A stretch of 64,000 nt of DNA from Candidatus Gallimonas intestinigallinarum (GCA_944338075.1 CALVLM010000011.1:403-64402); one strand, 5' to 3'. Positions 1 through 8,983 are shown, numbered from the stretch's first letter. Made by a program: numbers and translations. The notes: generated from the letters alone by a model not told the origin.

Positions 1-559
1 CGGGATAGGCAGGCATCTCCCAAGGATTATCCTCGGGGGATGTCTTTGTATATTTGAAGAAAATTTGGATCTTATCGTCGAACACGACGATTTTCTCGAT
101 CAAAGCGCGGATCAGCCGCCTTGGTGCCTGACGGAGCGGATCTGTCAGGTAGCTGATGACTTTGTCTTTTGTCAGGCGGTTTTGATGTTTGCACTGTTCT
201 ATGGCGATCTTGTCGTCGATCTCACTGCGCCGCTGTTCGAGTTCGTCCATGCGCGTCTTGGTCGTCTCATTGAAGATGCCTCGTTCGATCGCCTTCATGA
301 TGTTTGCAAGCGAGCGTGTCACTTCTTCCCTGTCGCGCTCTAAAAGCTGCAAGACGGATTGATCGCTCTTTCGTCTCTCATTGATGCGCATGATTTCATC
401 TGCAATCTTTTCAGTTGTCGCTTTGTCTCCAAAGAGTTGGCAGACGATGCCGATTACAAATTGCTCAACCTCGATTCCATGGTAAAAGACCCAAGTAACG
501 ATTTGCTTGGGTCTAAATTTTTTTGTGCCGTAATTTAAGTAAAAATTCTTTGATTTGTC
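1..559 (-). pseudogene. 3' fragment of a large serine recombinase gene. Only the C-terminal region is present. There is no start codon and no resolvase domain, and the 3' end runs off the left edge.
   Basis: Minus-strand translation reads YHGIEVEQFVIGIVCQLFGDKATTEKIADEIMRINERRK..ANIMKAIERGIFNETTKTRMDELEQRRSEIDDKIA..LIRALIEKIVVFDDKIQIFFKY. This is the coiled-coil/C-terminal pattern of large serine recombinases. The frame is closed upstream by TGA at 560-562 with no Met in between. Confidence 0.55.
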
Positions 560-886
560 TCAAATGACACTATAGGGAAAGATCTGAGGTATGGTTTTGA
601 AGAATTCATCCGAGAGGGACTTCAATTTTTGCAATAAGACAGAGACCTCTTTTACAGTGTAAGGTATAATAAAAAATTCTGTCAAAGAAATTTCAAGGGC
701 GTCACAAATCATACAAACCGTTTGTAATGTTGGCAGTCTGTGGTATTTGCGCGATTTATACAGTGTATCGACAGAAATATCGGCGGAGAGACAAAGCCGA
801 TACAATGACCAGTTTCGATTATTCAGAAAAAAATTTAATCGGTCAAAAAATGTTTCGCTTGTCCAGAAGCTGCAGTTATTTATCAT
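560..886 (-). CDS. XRE/Cro-C1 family helix-turn-helix transcriptional regulator
   Basis: 108-aa ORF with an HTH_3-like core (WSLYRLCLSADISVDTLYKSRKYHRLPTLQTVCMICDALEISLTEFF). It is divergent from the recombinase across an AT-rich intergenic region. Confidence 0.7.
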   Translation of the reverse strand: MINNCSFWTSETFFDRLNFFLNNRNWSLYRLCLSADISVDTLYKSRKYHRLPTLQTVCMICDALEISLTEFFIIPYTVKEVSVLLQKLKSLSDEFFKTIPQIFPYSVI

Positions 887-1002
887 TGTGACGCCTCCTA
901 AATTTTATCATGTGTAAGAAAAATATCTGATAAAAAGCATGCTTTTCAGTATAAATATATTATAGAACAGAATGGATATTATGATAAAATAACACATAGT
1001 GA

Positions 1003-2823
1003 ATGGACGATATCAGAGGCGATGTAAGGATGGATGAATATCGGGAGGCGGACAAAAATCAAACGGCAGAGTTGAATGCGTATTATATTCCGGCGAGAGC
1101 GAAAGAGGAAATTTACCAAAATACAAAAATTCGTGTATGCGCCTATTGCAGAGTATCCACGGACAGTGATGCACAGTCAACGTCATTTGTTTTGCAAAGA
1201 GAACATTATCAGAATTTAACGAATGCGCATCCTAATTGGATCCTGAAACATATTTATGCGGACGAGGGAATATCAGGGACGTCATTGAAAAGACGGGATG
1301 AATTTAATAAAATGATTGCTGCGTGCAGAGCGGGGGAATACGACCTAATCGTTACAAAATCGGTTTCGCGCTTTGCAAGGAATTTGGTCGATTGCATATC
1401 TTTGGCGAGAGAACTGAAAAATCAGAATCCTCGCGTCGGAATTTATTTTGAAACAGACGGTCTCAATACTCTGATGGAGGATTCCGAATTGAGACTTTCG
1501 ATCCTGGCTTCATTTGCGCAGGAAGAATCGGTCAAAAAGAGCGAAAGCATGGTCTGGTCTCTCAAAGAGCGTTTTAAGAATAAAAAGTTACTTACTCCAG
1601 AATTATATGGGTATCGTCGGCCGCGAGATGCCGGAGGGCATTTCATAAAAGGGGATGCTCTTGAAATAGATACGTCTGAGGCGGCGGTAGTGAAATTTAT
1701 ATACGATTCCTTTTTGGCGGGCAGTTCCACGGAAAATATTTCAGCGACGCTGACTGACTTGGGGATCCCGACAAAAATCGGAAACCCAAAATGGAGTGCG
1801 GGTTCTGTCAATTATATACTACGCAACGAAAGGTATTGCGGAAGTGTATTGACATGGAAAACATTTACCTACGATATTTTTGAACATAAAAAGCGGAAGA
1901 ACAAAAAAGACCGTGATCAGTATTTATATAAGGCACATCATCCTGCCATTGTGACGGTGGAACAATATGAGGCCGTTCAGACTCTTTTGGATGCAAAACA
2001 CAAAGGCATGAGGGGTGGACTGCATTATATGCATGTTGTCGATGAAGGCATATTTCGTGGATACGTTCCGATCGATCATCGATGGATCAATGATGATCCG
2101 GATATCTATTTTCAAGCGTCGGAGAGCGTGCAGGAGGACAAAAGAGAAAGATTGGTAAGGCGGTCCTGTTTCAGTCACTTTGATTTATCGGGATATCAGG
2201 TGGTGCGCGGTCAATACCTTACCGCAAGGTCGGAGCTTCCGGGGATGAGTATATTTGAAAACAGAATCGTATTTAACAGTTCGTGCGGGAACAAATTAAA
2301 AAATTTTTCTTATATACAACTTCTGTTGCATCCAACTGAACGAAAAATGGCGATCAGACCTTGCGGGCAAAACGATGTTTTTAGTATATATTGGAATACG
2401 AAGAAAGTTTCATTGAATAAAACGATATTTTGCCCCTATTTCGGGAAGGCCTTGTTTCGGATTATGGAGTGGGATCCGGAATTTCACTATAGAGTATTCG
2501 GAACGTGGATAAAAAAAGATGACGACTGTATCATGATATTCAATTTAACGGAATCAGTGCCCTTCATTTCTTATAAGGAAAACAGTTCAAATAAAAAGAG
2601 GGAAACGGCGGTATGCCCCGAAGGGTGGGACGATACGTTCGGAGAAGAGTTTTACCACTTCAGTCTTGAAAACAATTTATATTACAGCCGCGAAAAGGCC
2701 GGTTGGAACAGTCGGACCGAATGTAAATGTATTGAAGAACATCCTGCCGTTCGCATCATGTCCCCGATGGAGTTAAAGGAATGTGCGGCGGGATTAAAAC
2801 GGAAAACGGAGCAGCTCGAATGA
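1003..2823 (+). CDS. Atypical large serine recombinase: resolvase catalytic domain, recombinase domain and a non-canonical C-terminal domain
   Basis: Catalytic-Ser motif VCAYCRVSTDSD, then ADEGISGTS..DLIVTKSVSRFARN and a recombinase-domain-like YGYRR..NYILRNERYCG. No CxxC zinc ribbon or long coiled coil is visible after it. An alternative start is Met10 at 1030. Confidence 0.85.
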   Translation: MDDIRGDVRMDEYREADKNQTAELNAYYIPARAKEEIYQNTKIRVCAYCRVSTDSDAQSTSFVLQREHYQNLTNAHPNWILKHIYADEGISGTSLKRRDEFNKMIAACRAGEYDLIVTKSVSRFARNLVDCISLARELKNQNPRVGIYFETDGLNTLMEDSELRLSILASFAQEESVKKSESMVWSLKERFKNKKLLTPELYGYRRPRDAGGHFIKGDALEIDTSEAAVVKFIYDSFLAGSSTENISATLTDLGIPTKIGNPKWSAGSVNYILRNERYCGSVLTWKTFTYDIFEHKKRKNKKDRDQYLYKAHHPAIVTVEQYEAVQTLLDAKHKGMRGGLHYMHVVDEGIFRGYVPIDHRWINDDPDIYFQASESVQEDKRERLVRRSCFSHFDLSGYQVVRGQYLTARSELPGMSIFENRIVFNSSCGNKLKNFSYIQLLLHPTERKMAIRPCGQNDVFSIYWNTKKVSLNKTIFCPYFGKALFRIMEWDPEFHYRVFGTWIKKDDDCIMIFNLTESVPFISYKENSSNKKRETAVCPEGWDDTFGEEFYHFSLENNLYYSREKAGWNSRTECKCIEEHPAVRIMSPMELKECAAGLKRKTEQLE

Positions 2824-3413
2824 AGGAAGAATACTGCCGAATGATACCGGAAGAGGAAGAACAAGAGACGGTAAGTCTGGCCGGGTATCAGGTTGCAAAG
2901 GCTGAATTGTTTGCCCATACGCGTGAACCGGCAATAACCGTCTGGCAAAATAAAATCAAGTTCAATATGGCGTGCCTTCGCAGGTTCCCGGGCGTGAAGT
3001 ACATACAGCTTTTAATTCATCCGGAAGAACTACGGTTGATTGTGCGACCGTGCGAAGCAGATGCCCCCGACTCGCTGCGTTGGGCAAATGGAGGAGGGGA
3101 AAAGGAAATAAAAAACCGTGATATGATCTGCCAGATATTCGCTGCAAAACTATTCGATCTCATGTCCTGGCAGAAGGAATATCGCTATAAAATGCTTGGC
3201 AAGCCGGCAGTTTACAAAAATGAGGCGCTATATTTGTTTAAATTGACAGATTTTGAATTGTTTGTCAATAACGGAACAAAAAAACAGAGATCATGGCTGC
3301 CTGAAGATTGGCGCGAGTGTTTCGGCGTCCCGTTTGAACGGCACGATGATTCATACAAGATAAATTTAGCGGAAGGCTATATTACAACAAATAAAATGGG
3401 AGGATCGAGATGA
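2820..3413 (+). CDS. Hypothetical protein, paralog of the recombinase C-terminal domain (copy 2)
   Basis: ATGA overlap with the recombinase stop. GYQVAKAELF..ITVWQNKIKFN..YIQLLIHPEELRLIVRPC..YRYKMLG aligns with recombinase residues ~395-520. The track ORF 2781 is an upstream alternative-start extension. Confidence 0.7.
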   Translation: MKEEYCRMIPEEEEQETVSLAGYQVAKAELFAHTREPAITVWQNKIKFNMACLRRFPGVKYIQLLIHPEELRLIVRPCEADAPDSLRWANGGGEKEIKNRDMICQIFAAKLFDLMSWQKEYRYKMLGKPAVYKNEALYLFKLTDFELFVNNGTKKQRSWLPEDWRECFGVPFERHDDSYKINLAEGYITTNKMGGSR

Positions 3414-3838
3414 ACGACGCACTGATCAACGAAATTGATCTGGACGGATATCAGATTGTAAGAAGTCAGTACTTTCAAAAACAGTCTGAACCGGTAATAA
3501 CTCTATTTCAAACAGCGCTTGCTTTCGGGCAGGGCACGTTTCAGGCACTCAATAACTGCGAGGCGATCCAAGTGTTGCTCAATCATCGCGGCAGGAGTAT
3601 TGTGATACGTCCGGTATCATCCAATACGCCCGATGCAGTCATGTGGAAAAAGCGTGCGGAACCGAAGTATACGAAGATCGAATGCCCGCAGCTTACGCGC
3701 AACATTTATGAGCGGTGGGGATTGGATAAGAAATGTCATTATCGGGCTTTTGGTAAAACGGTGCAAGCGGATAAAAAAATACTGATATTATTTGATTTTA
3801 CCGATCCGGTCGTATATGAAGGATTGAAAAGGGTATAG
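3410..3838 (+). CDS. Hypothetical protein, same paralog family (copy 3)
   Basis: ATGA overlap with the preceding gene. Carries GYQIVRSQYF..ITLFQTALAFG..AIQVLLNHRGRSIVIRPV..HYRAFG. Confidence 0.7.
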   Translation: MNDALINEIDLDGYQIVRSQYFQKQSEPVITLFQTALAFGQGTFQALNNCEAIQVLLNHRGRSIVIRPVSSNTPDAVMWKKRAEPKYTKIECPQLTRNIYERWGLDKKCHYRAFGKTVQADKKILILFDFTDPVVYEGLKRV

Positions 3839-3841
3839 ACC

Positions 3842-4195
3842 ATGCCAAACGATACAGCGTATGTTTCATTTTATATGAGGAGCAATACCATACGGATTTT
3901 TAAGAATACAATACGAGCGATGGGGTCTCCTAAATTTATCAGATTACGTATCCACGATAGAGAGAAAACGATCATTATAGAGCCCTATGACAGAAGCACA
4001 TTTTCGTCGTTCCGAGTGCCTTTGCCGCTGAATGCGGCAAAGGAAGGATTGGATATTCACAGTAAGCTTTTTATCCGAATTGTTGCGAAGCGTATGCGGT
4101 GGGATATGGAACGGACATACCGGGTGTCCGGAGAATTATACGAAAGGCAGGGAATTGTAAAATTAGATCTGGTGCGAGCCGTAAAAATATCGTGA
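3842..4195 (+). CDS. Hypothetical protein, divergent member of the same paralog family (copy 4)
   Basis: Starts 3 nt after the previous stop. Carries IRIFKNTIRAM..FIRLRIHDREKTIIIEPY..TYRVSG. The last AT-rich gene before the GC-rich flank. Confidence 0.6.
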   Translation: MPNDTAYVSFYMRSNTIRIFKNTIRAMGSPKFIRLRIHDREKTIIIEPYDRSTFSSFRVPLPLNAAKEGLDIHSKLFIRIVAKRMRWDMERTYRVSGELYERQGIVKLDLVRAVKIS

Positions 4196-4357
4196 ATGCT
4201 TTCGATGTCAATCACTTCACGGTGCGTAGTGCTGCGGCACGCGTTAGCCCGCCCGGAAGGGCCTCGGGGAAAACGATCACGATTGGCGCGAAGCATTCTG
4301 CGCAGGGAGTGCAAGTATATTTTTTCAAAATTTTTCTCCCAAAGTGCGCAAAAACAG

Positions 4358-4386
4358 TTGCAAAGCCTTTGCGGATATGCTATAAT
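4358..4386 (+). promoter_or_regulatory. Sigma-70-type promoter for tRNA-Glu
   Basis: TTGCAA (4358-4363), 17-nt spacer, TATAAT (4381-4386). It lies 18 nt upstream of the tRNA 5' end. Confidence 0.5.
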
Positions 4387-4403
4387 AACAAAGCTTTTGA
4401 CGA

Positions 4404-4478
4404 GGCCTTGTGGTCAAGCGGTTAAGACGGCGCCCTCTCACGGCGCAATCCCGGGTTCGATTCCCGGCAAGGTCACCA
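4404..4478 (+). tRNA. tRNA-Glu (anticodon CUC) with encoded CCA
   Basis: The cloverleaf can be read directly. Acceptor stem is GGCCTTG/CAAGGTC (one G-U pair). Anticodon stem is GCGCC/GGCGC with loop CTCTCAC, giving CTC at 4437-4439. T arm is CCGGG-TTCGATT-CCCGG, and the 3' end is CCA. The sequence closely resembles Firmicute tRNA-Glu. Confidence 0.9.
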
Positions 4479-4483
4479 GCAAA

Positions 4484-4512
4484 ATGAGCAGACGTTGGTC
4501 TGCTCATTTTTT
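4484..4512 (+). terminator. Rho-independent terminator of tRNA-Glu
   Basis: Stem ATGAGCAGAC / GTCTGCTCAT with loop GTTG, followed by TTTTTGTT. Confidence 0.75.
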
Positions 4513-4683
4513 GTTGGTGACCTTGCTGGGTGCGAGAAACGGGCGGGTGCGCCCGACGCGCAGCGGCGCACGCCCGACACGCGCAAGAAATGTCTGCTTG
4601 CAGGGACATTTCGCCGCCGTGGCGCACGAGAGCCGTAGGATCGATGTAGCACGAAGCACGAAATATTCCCGGTTTTCCGTTTT

Positions 4684-4714
4684 AAAAAACGGCGCATCTG
4701 AAGATGCGCCGTTT
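4684..4714 (-). terminator. Rho-independent terminator of the M20 peptidase gene
   Basis: Stem AAACGGCGCATC / GATGCGCCGTTT with a 4-nt loop. On the minus strand it is followed by a T run (TTTTTTAAAA). Confidence 0.7.
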
Positions 4715-4717
4715 CGA

Positions 4718-5989
4718 TTATTTTGTCAATTCAAAGATCGCCTGTTTGTATACGTTCAGGAGGAGTCTGACCCGCTCCAGCGTGATATATTCGTCCGCCT
4801 GGTGTACGACGGGCTCGTCGTCTGCCATCTCGGGACCGAACGCCACGCCGCATTTCAATGCCCGCGCGTATGTACCGCCGCCGATTGCGATGGGCTCCGC
4901 CTGCGTGTGCGTGCAGTTCTCGTAGGTCTTGAGCAGCGTCTGCACCAGCGCGCTGTTTTTTTCCTGCATCAGCGGCGCCTGATGGTGCAGCGTCTCAAAT
5001 TTGACGCCGATTTTTTTCAGCTTTTCCACGACGTCCGCATAGGGGACGGTCGCGGGGTAGCGGATATCGCAGATGACCTGAAGTTCACCCTTGCGGAATT
5101 TGATGATATCGGGCGAAAGGGTGAGCCTGCCTGTCTCGTCCGCAAGTTCGGTAAGTCCGCAGGCATCGCGGAACAGGCAGTCGATCACCTTTTTTACGTC
5201 CGCGCTCTTGTTTTCAAAAAAGGTGAGAATGGGCAGGATGGCGTTCTTGCCCAGTTCGGGCGTCGAACCGTGCGCGGATTTGCCGTACGCGATGATCTTT
5301 TTGCCCTTGATCTCCAGTCCCAGTTCGCGGGCGCGCGTGACGGTGAGCGTGCGCGGCGTCGCAGAGCATTCTGCGCACACCATGTTGACGCTCGTTCCGC
5401 CCGACAGGTAGCTGAAGGGGGGATTTTTTACGGGGAAGTGCAGCCGCACATGCAGAATTCCCTTTTCCGCATAGATGACGGGGAAACTCCCGTCGGGTGA
5501 GAAGCCCTCTTCGGGCATCGTGGAGACCTCGTTGAAGTGGCCGATGCAGCCCCAGCCGGCCTCTTCGTTGCACCCAAGCAGAAAACGGATGCGCTTTTTG
5601 GGCACAAAGCCCTCGTCCTTGAGCTGCTTCATGGCGTATAAGACGCAGAAGGCAGGACCTTTGTCGTCCATCGCGCCGCGTCCCCAGATCTTATCGTCTG
5701 AAACTTCGCCGCCGAAGGGATCCTTTGTCCAGCCGCTGCCCGCGGGCACGACGTCCAGATGCGCAAGTATGGCAAACTCCGCAGGACCTGTGCCGAAGGT
5801 CACTTCGCCGATGTAGTTGTCATAATTATGTGTTTCAAACCCCAAATCCTGCGCGAGGGAAAGGAAGTGTGCAAGACAGTTCGCCGCGCCCTTGCCAAAC
5901 GGCATTGCCGGCGTCGGGTCTTTGAGAGAGGAATCGAAACGGATGCTCTCGGAGATACTCTTTACGGTTTGCTCAAAACAATCAGTCAT
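4718..5989 (-). CDS. M20 family metallopeptidase (PepV/Sapep-like dipeptidase)
   Basis: 423 aa with AILAHLDVVPAG..W..DPF and WGRGAMDDKGP metal-site motifs. GGAGAAG Shine-Dalgarno sequence upstream. Confidence 0.85.
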   Translation of the reverse strand: MTDCFEQTVKSISESIRFDSSLKDPTPAMPFGKGAANCLAHFLSLAQDLGFETHNYDNYIGEVTFGTGPAEFAILAHLDVVPAGSGWTKDPFGGEVSDDKIWGRGAMDDKGPAFCVLYAMKQLKDEGFVPKKRIRFLLGCNEEAGWGCIGHFNEVSTMPEEGFSPDGSFPVIYAEKGILHVRLHFPVKNPPFSYLSGGTSVNMVCAECSATPRTLTVTRARELGLEIKGKKIIAYGKSAHGSTPELGKNAILPILTFFENKSADVKKVIDCLFRDACGLTELADETGRLTLSPDIIKFRKGELQVICDIRYPATVPYADVVEKLKKIGVKFETLHHQAPLMQEKNSALVQTLLKTYENCTHTQAEPIAIGGGTYARALKCGVAFGPEMADDEPVVHQADEYITLERVRLLLNVYKQAIFELTK

Positions 5990-6183
5990 ACAGCTTCTCC
6001 AATCAATTTCAATTCATTATACTCCTTGTAAAATGAGTTGTCAAGTATTTGCCGTATTTCGATTGTTTTGCGGGTGGGCAGAAAGCGGGTTTTTATCGAT
6101 TTCTTTGAATTTACGAGAGAAATTTAATGCTTTTTTGATGCAAAGCTCAGAAAAATATGATACAATAGCAATAAGGTGGAATT

Positions 6184-6900
6184 ATGCACGAGGGACACAG
6201 ACAGCGCATGTTACAGCGGCTCGAGGACGCAGAGCATTTACAGGATCACGAACTTCTGGAGATCCTGCTGTTCAACGCCATCCCCCGTAAAAATACCAAC
6301 CCGCTCGCCCATGAACTGCTCGCGGAGTTTGTCTCGCTGGACGGGCTTATGCGCGCGAGCTATGAAGAACTTCTGAACGTGCAGGGCATCGGGAAGGAGA
6401 CGGCGGCGTATCTGCGCTGCATCGCCATTTTGTGCGAGCGGTTAAAAAAGCGCGAGGATCCTCTGCCGCGGCTCTTCAATGTGCGCGACTTTTCGGGGTT
6501 CTTATTTGAGCGCCTTGCGCCGCTCAAGGAGGAAGTCATCGAGCTGTTCGCGCTGGATGCGCAGCAGCACATTATTGCCGAAAAACGCTTTACCGTGTGC
6601 GCAACGGACAGAGCGGCGCTCGAGCCGGAGGCGGTCAACCAGTTCCTTGCCGTGCGCAAGCCTGCGGGGCTTGTGGTGGCGCACAACCATCCCGCCGCGC
6701 CCGCGCACCCGTCTGCGGCGGACGATAAATTTACCGCGCAGATGCAGGTCGTCTGTTCCATGAATAACGTCCGTTTTTACGATCATATCATCGTCGGCAC
6801 GGACGGCACATACAGCTATTTCCTGGTCGGACGTATGGAGGAGATCCGCCGCGCGTTCGATCTCAATGCGATCGTGGGAGGGAAGATTCTCCGTGACTAA
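6184..6900 (+). CDS. radC: RadC-family JAB-domain protein
   Basis: N-terminal HhH-like region (LLNVQGIGKETAAYL) and JAMM-like VAHNHPAAPAHPSAADDKFT. Confidence 0.85.
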   Translation: MHEGHRQRMLQRLEDAEHLQDHELLEILLFNAIPRKNTNPLAHELLAEFVSLDGLMRASYEELLNVQGIGKETAAYLRCIAILCERLKKREDPLPRLFNVRDFSGFLFERLAPLKEEVIELFALDAQQHIIAEKRFTVCATDRAALEPEAVNQFLAVRKPAGLVVAHNHPAAPAHPSAADDKFTAQMQVVCSMNNVRFYDHIIVGTDGTYSYFLVGRMEEIRRAFDLNAIVGGKILRD

Positions 6901-8149
6901 TCGTCTGCATCAGATCCTTGCCTTTTTGTTCAAATGGGGCTCCTTCATCATCTTCGGGCTGCTCGTATTCGTAGAGTTTCTTCTCCTCGTCAATAACTGG
7001 AATGCTGTCTTTTTCGGGCATGTGCGCGCGTTCTGGGTGCTGCTGCCCGTGACCGCGTTCTTTACGATAGAGAACGCCGTCAAGCTGTGGGGACTGAAAA
7101 AGTTCACGCAGCGCATTCCCTGCTATGTGCTGGATATCCTCTGTCTCATTGTCCTGACCATCTTCTCGGACGGGATGCTCATTTCGACGCTGTATATCAT
7201 CATCCTGTCCGAATTCTACCTCGGGCAGACCAGCCTCATGGGCAGCGTGGCGATGGGGGTAGCGAGCATCGTGCTCTTTCTGATTGCCTTTGCCGTTTCG
7301 GGTGCGCTCAAGGAGCAGAACGTCAACATCGCCATGCTCATCTCCAACGGCTTTAACGATATCCTCTTAATGGCGCTGCACTTTCTGGGCTTTAACTTTG
7401 TCCTGCACATCTACCGCACGAACAACGAGATGAGCGCGGCGCTCGAGGAGATCGAGGAGAGTAACCGCCGCCTGCAGGCGGCAAATGCAGAACTCAATGA
7501 GAACAGGCAGAAACTCCAGGAGGCATACAAGAACCTGCAGGAGGTGACGGTGCTGGAGGAGCGCCAGCGCATCGCGAAGGACATCCATGACACGGCGGGG
7601 CACTCCATTACGACCATTATCATGCAGACGGAGGCGGCAAAGCTGGTCATCGACAGCGACCCCGAGGACGCCAAGCGCAAGATCGCGGCGGCAAACCTGC
7701 AGGCGCGCAGCGCCCTGGAGGAACTTCGGGAGAGCGTGCATCTGCTCTCCGGCGCGTCCGAGCAGCTTACCCTGCGCGAGGCGCTCATGAATATCATCCA
7801 CGAATCGACGGACGGCACGGGGATCGTCATCCGCGCCGACATTGACGATATCACGCTGTGCAGCGCGAAGCACCGGTTTCTGTGCAATACCTTAAAGGAG
7901 GGCATCTCCAACGGGCTGCGGCACGGAAATGCGACGGCGTTCTACTTTGAACTCAAGAAAAAGGGAGACAGGATCGCCTTCCTTCTGTCCGACAACGGCA
8001 GCGGCGTGGACGGCGCCAAGCTCAAAAAGGGGTTCGGGCTCAGGGGCATGACGGCGCGCGTCGAGGCGCTGGGCGGCGAGGTCTCGTTTGAGAGCGAGCC
8101 GGACGAGGGGTTTGAGATCCACATTTCCCTTCCTGCGGACAATTTGTAA
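6893..8149 (+). CDS. Two-component sensor histidine kinase (HisKA_3, DesK/LiaS type), multi-pass membrane protein
   Basis: About 5 TM helices, a coiled coil, H-box IAKDIHDTAGHSI, and a HATPase region (NGLRHG..DNGSGV..GFGLRGM). A GTG start at 6893 follows GGGAGGGA. The track start at 6866 is the alternative. Confidence 0.85.
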   Translation: MTNRLHQILAFLFKWGSFIIFGLLVFVEFLLLVNNWNAVFFGHVRAFWVLLPVTAFFTIENAVKLWGLKKFTQRIPCYVLDILCLIVLTIFSDGMLISTLYIIILSEFYLGQTSLMGSVAMGVASIVLFLIAFAVSGALKEQNVNIAMLISNGFNDILLMALHFLGFNFVLHIYRTNNEMSAALEEIEESNRRLQAANAELNENRQKLQEAYKNLQEVTVLEERQRIAKDIHDTAGHSITTIIMQTEAAKLVIDSDPEDAKRKIAAANLQARSALEELRESVHLLSGASEQLTLREALMNIIHESTDGTGIVIRADIDDITLCSAKHRFLCNTLKEGISNGLRHGNATAFYFELKKKGDRIAFLLSDNGSGVDGAKLKKGFGLRGMTARVEALGGEVSFESEPDEGFEIHISLPADNL

Positions 8150-8169
8150 TCTTTTATCGGGAGAAGACG

Positions 8170-8823
8170 ATGGAACATAAAATACGGGTTTTGCTTGCGG
8201 ACGATCAGTCCATTCTTGCGGACGGCATTAAGAGCGTCCTGTCCTCGTGCGAGGACATTGAGGTCGTCGGGATCGCTTCGGACGGGTTTGAAGCGCTCGA
8301 TCTGCTCGAAAAGTGCCTGCCGGACGTCATTCTGATGGACATACGCATGCCCAACATGAACGGCGTCATCGCGACGCAGGAGGTCAAGCGGCGGCATCCC
8401 GAAGTCAAGGTGCTCATTCTGACGACCTTTGACGACAGCGACTACATTCTCAACGCCATCAACAACGGCGCGAGCGGGTATCTTTTGAAGGATACTTCCT
8501 CCGCGGCGCTCATCGACGCCATTAAAAACGCCTATGCGGGCGATACCATCCTGCCTGCCAAGATCGCGCGGCGCATTGCCGACGCGGCGCGTATGGTGTC
8601 CTCCGACCGCGAGATCAAGTTAAAGCGCTGCTTCGGGCTGTCCGACAGGGAGGTGGAGATCGCGCTCATGATCTATGAGGGCTTCACCAACAAACAGATC
8701 GCATCTGCGCTCAAGCTCACGGACGGCACGGCGCGCAACTATATCTCCGCCATCTATGAGAAGGTCGGCGCGTCCTCGCGCAGCGAAGCGGTCGAGAAGA
8801 TGAAGGAAGTCATATCTTGTTAA
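8170..8823 (+). CDS. NarL/LuxR-family response regulator
   Basis: REC domain (VLLADDQ..DVILMDIRMP..ILTT) and a C-terminal LuxR HTH (LSDREVEIALMIYEGFTNKQIASALKLTDGTARNYIS). Confidence 0.9.
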   Translation: MEHKIRVLLADDQSILADGIKSVLSSCEDIEVVGIASDGFEALDLLEKCLPDVILMDIRMPNMNGVIATQEVKRRHPEVKVLILTTFDDSDYILNAINNGASGYLLKDTSSAALIDAIKNAYAGDTILPAKIARRIADAARMVSSDREIKLKRCFGLSDREVEIALMIYEGFTNKQIASALKLTDGTARNYISAIYEKVGASSRSEAVEKMKEVISC

Positions 8824-8915
8824 AGGGGGGAATGCGATGAATCGTGTCAGGATCACCGTTATACCCCGGTTACGGACTGATTGAAATGTCCGGTCATTTG
8901 TAAATTCCGTATACG

Positions 8916-8958
8916 AAAAAAGGAACTTCCGCAATCATTGCGCGGAAGTTCCTTTTTT
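8916..8958. terminator. Bidirectional hairpin terminator between the response regulator gene and hydA
   Basis: Stem GGAACTTCCGC / GCGGAAGTTCC (11 bp), flanked by an A run on the 5' side and a T run on the 3' side. Confidence 0.7.
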
Positions 8959-8983
8959 GTTCTTGAAAATTTGCCCCGGAGCG

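Noticed and set aside
560-562. The XRE gene stop codon is in the same frame as the downstream recombinase fragment (possible read-through fusion)
   Set aside because: The chance of a frame coincidence is one in three. The fragment starts in mid-domain, and there is no recoding signal. I treat it as a truncation junction.
4196-5500. 434-aa plus-strand ORF that spans the tRNA-Glu gene and lies opposite the M20 peptidase gene
   Set aside because: It runs through a tRNA and its terminator and is antisense to a well-supported peptidase gene. Its Arg/Ala-rich composition with no motifs is typical of a GC-rich antisense artefact.
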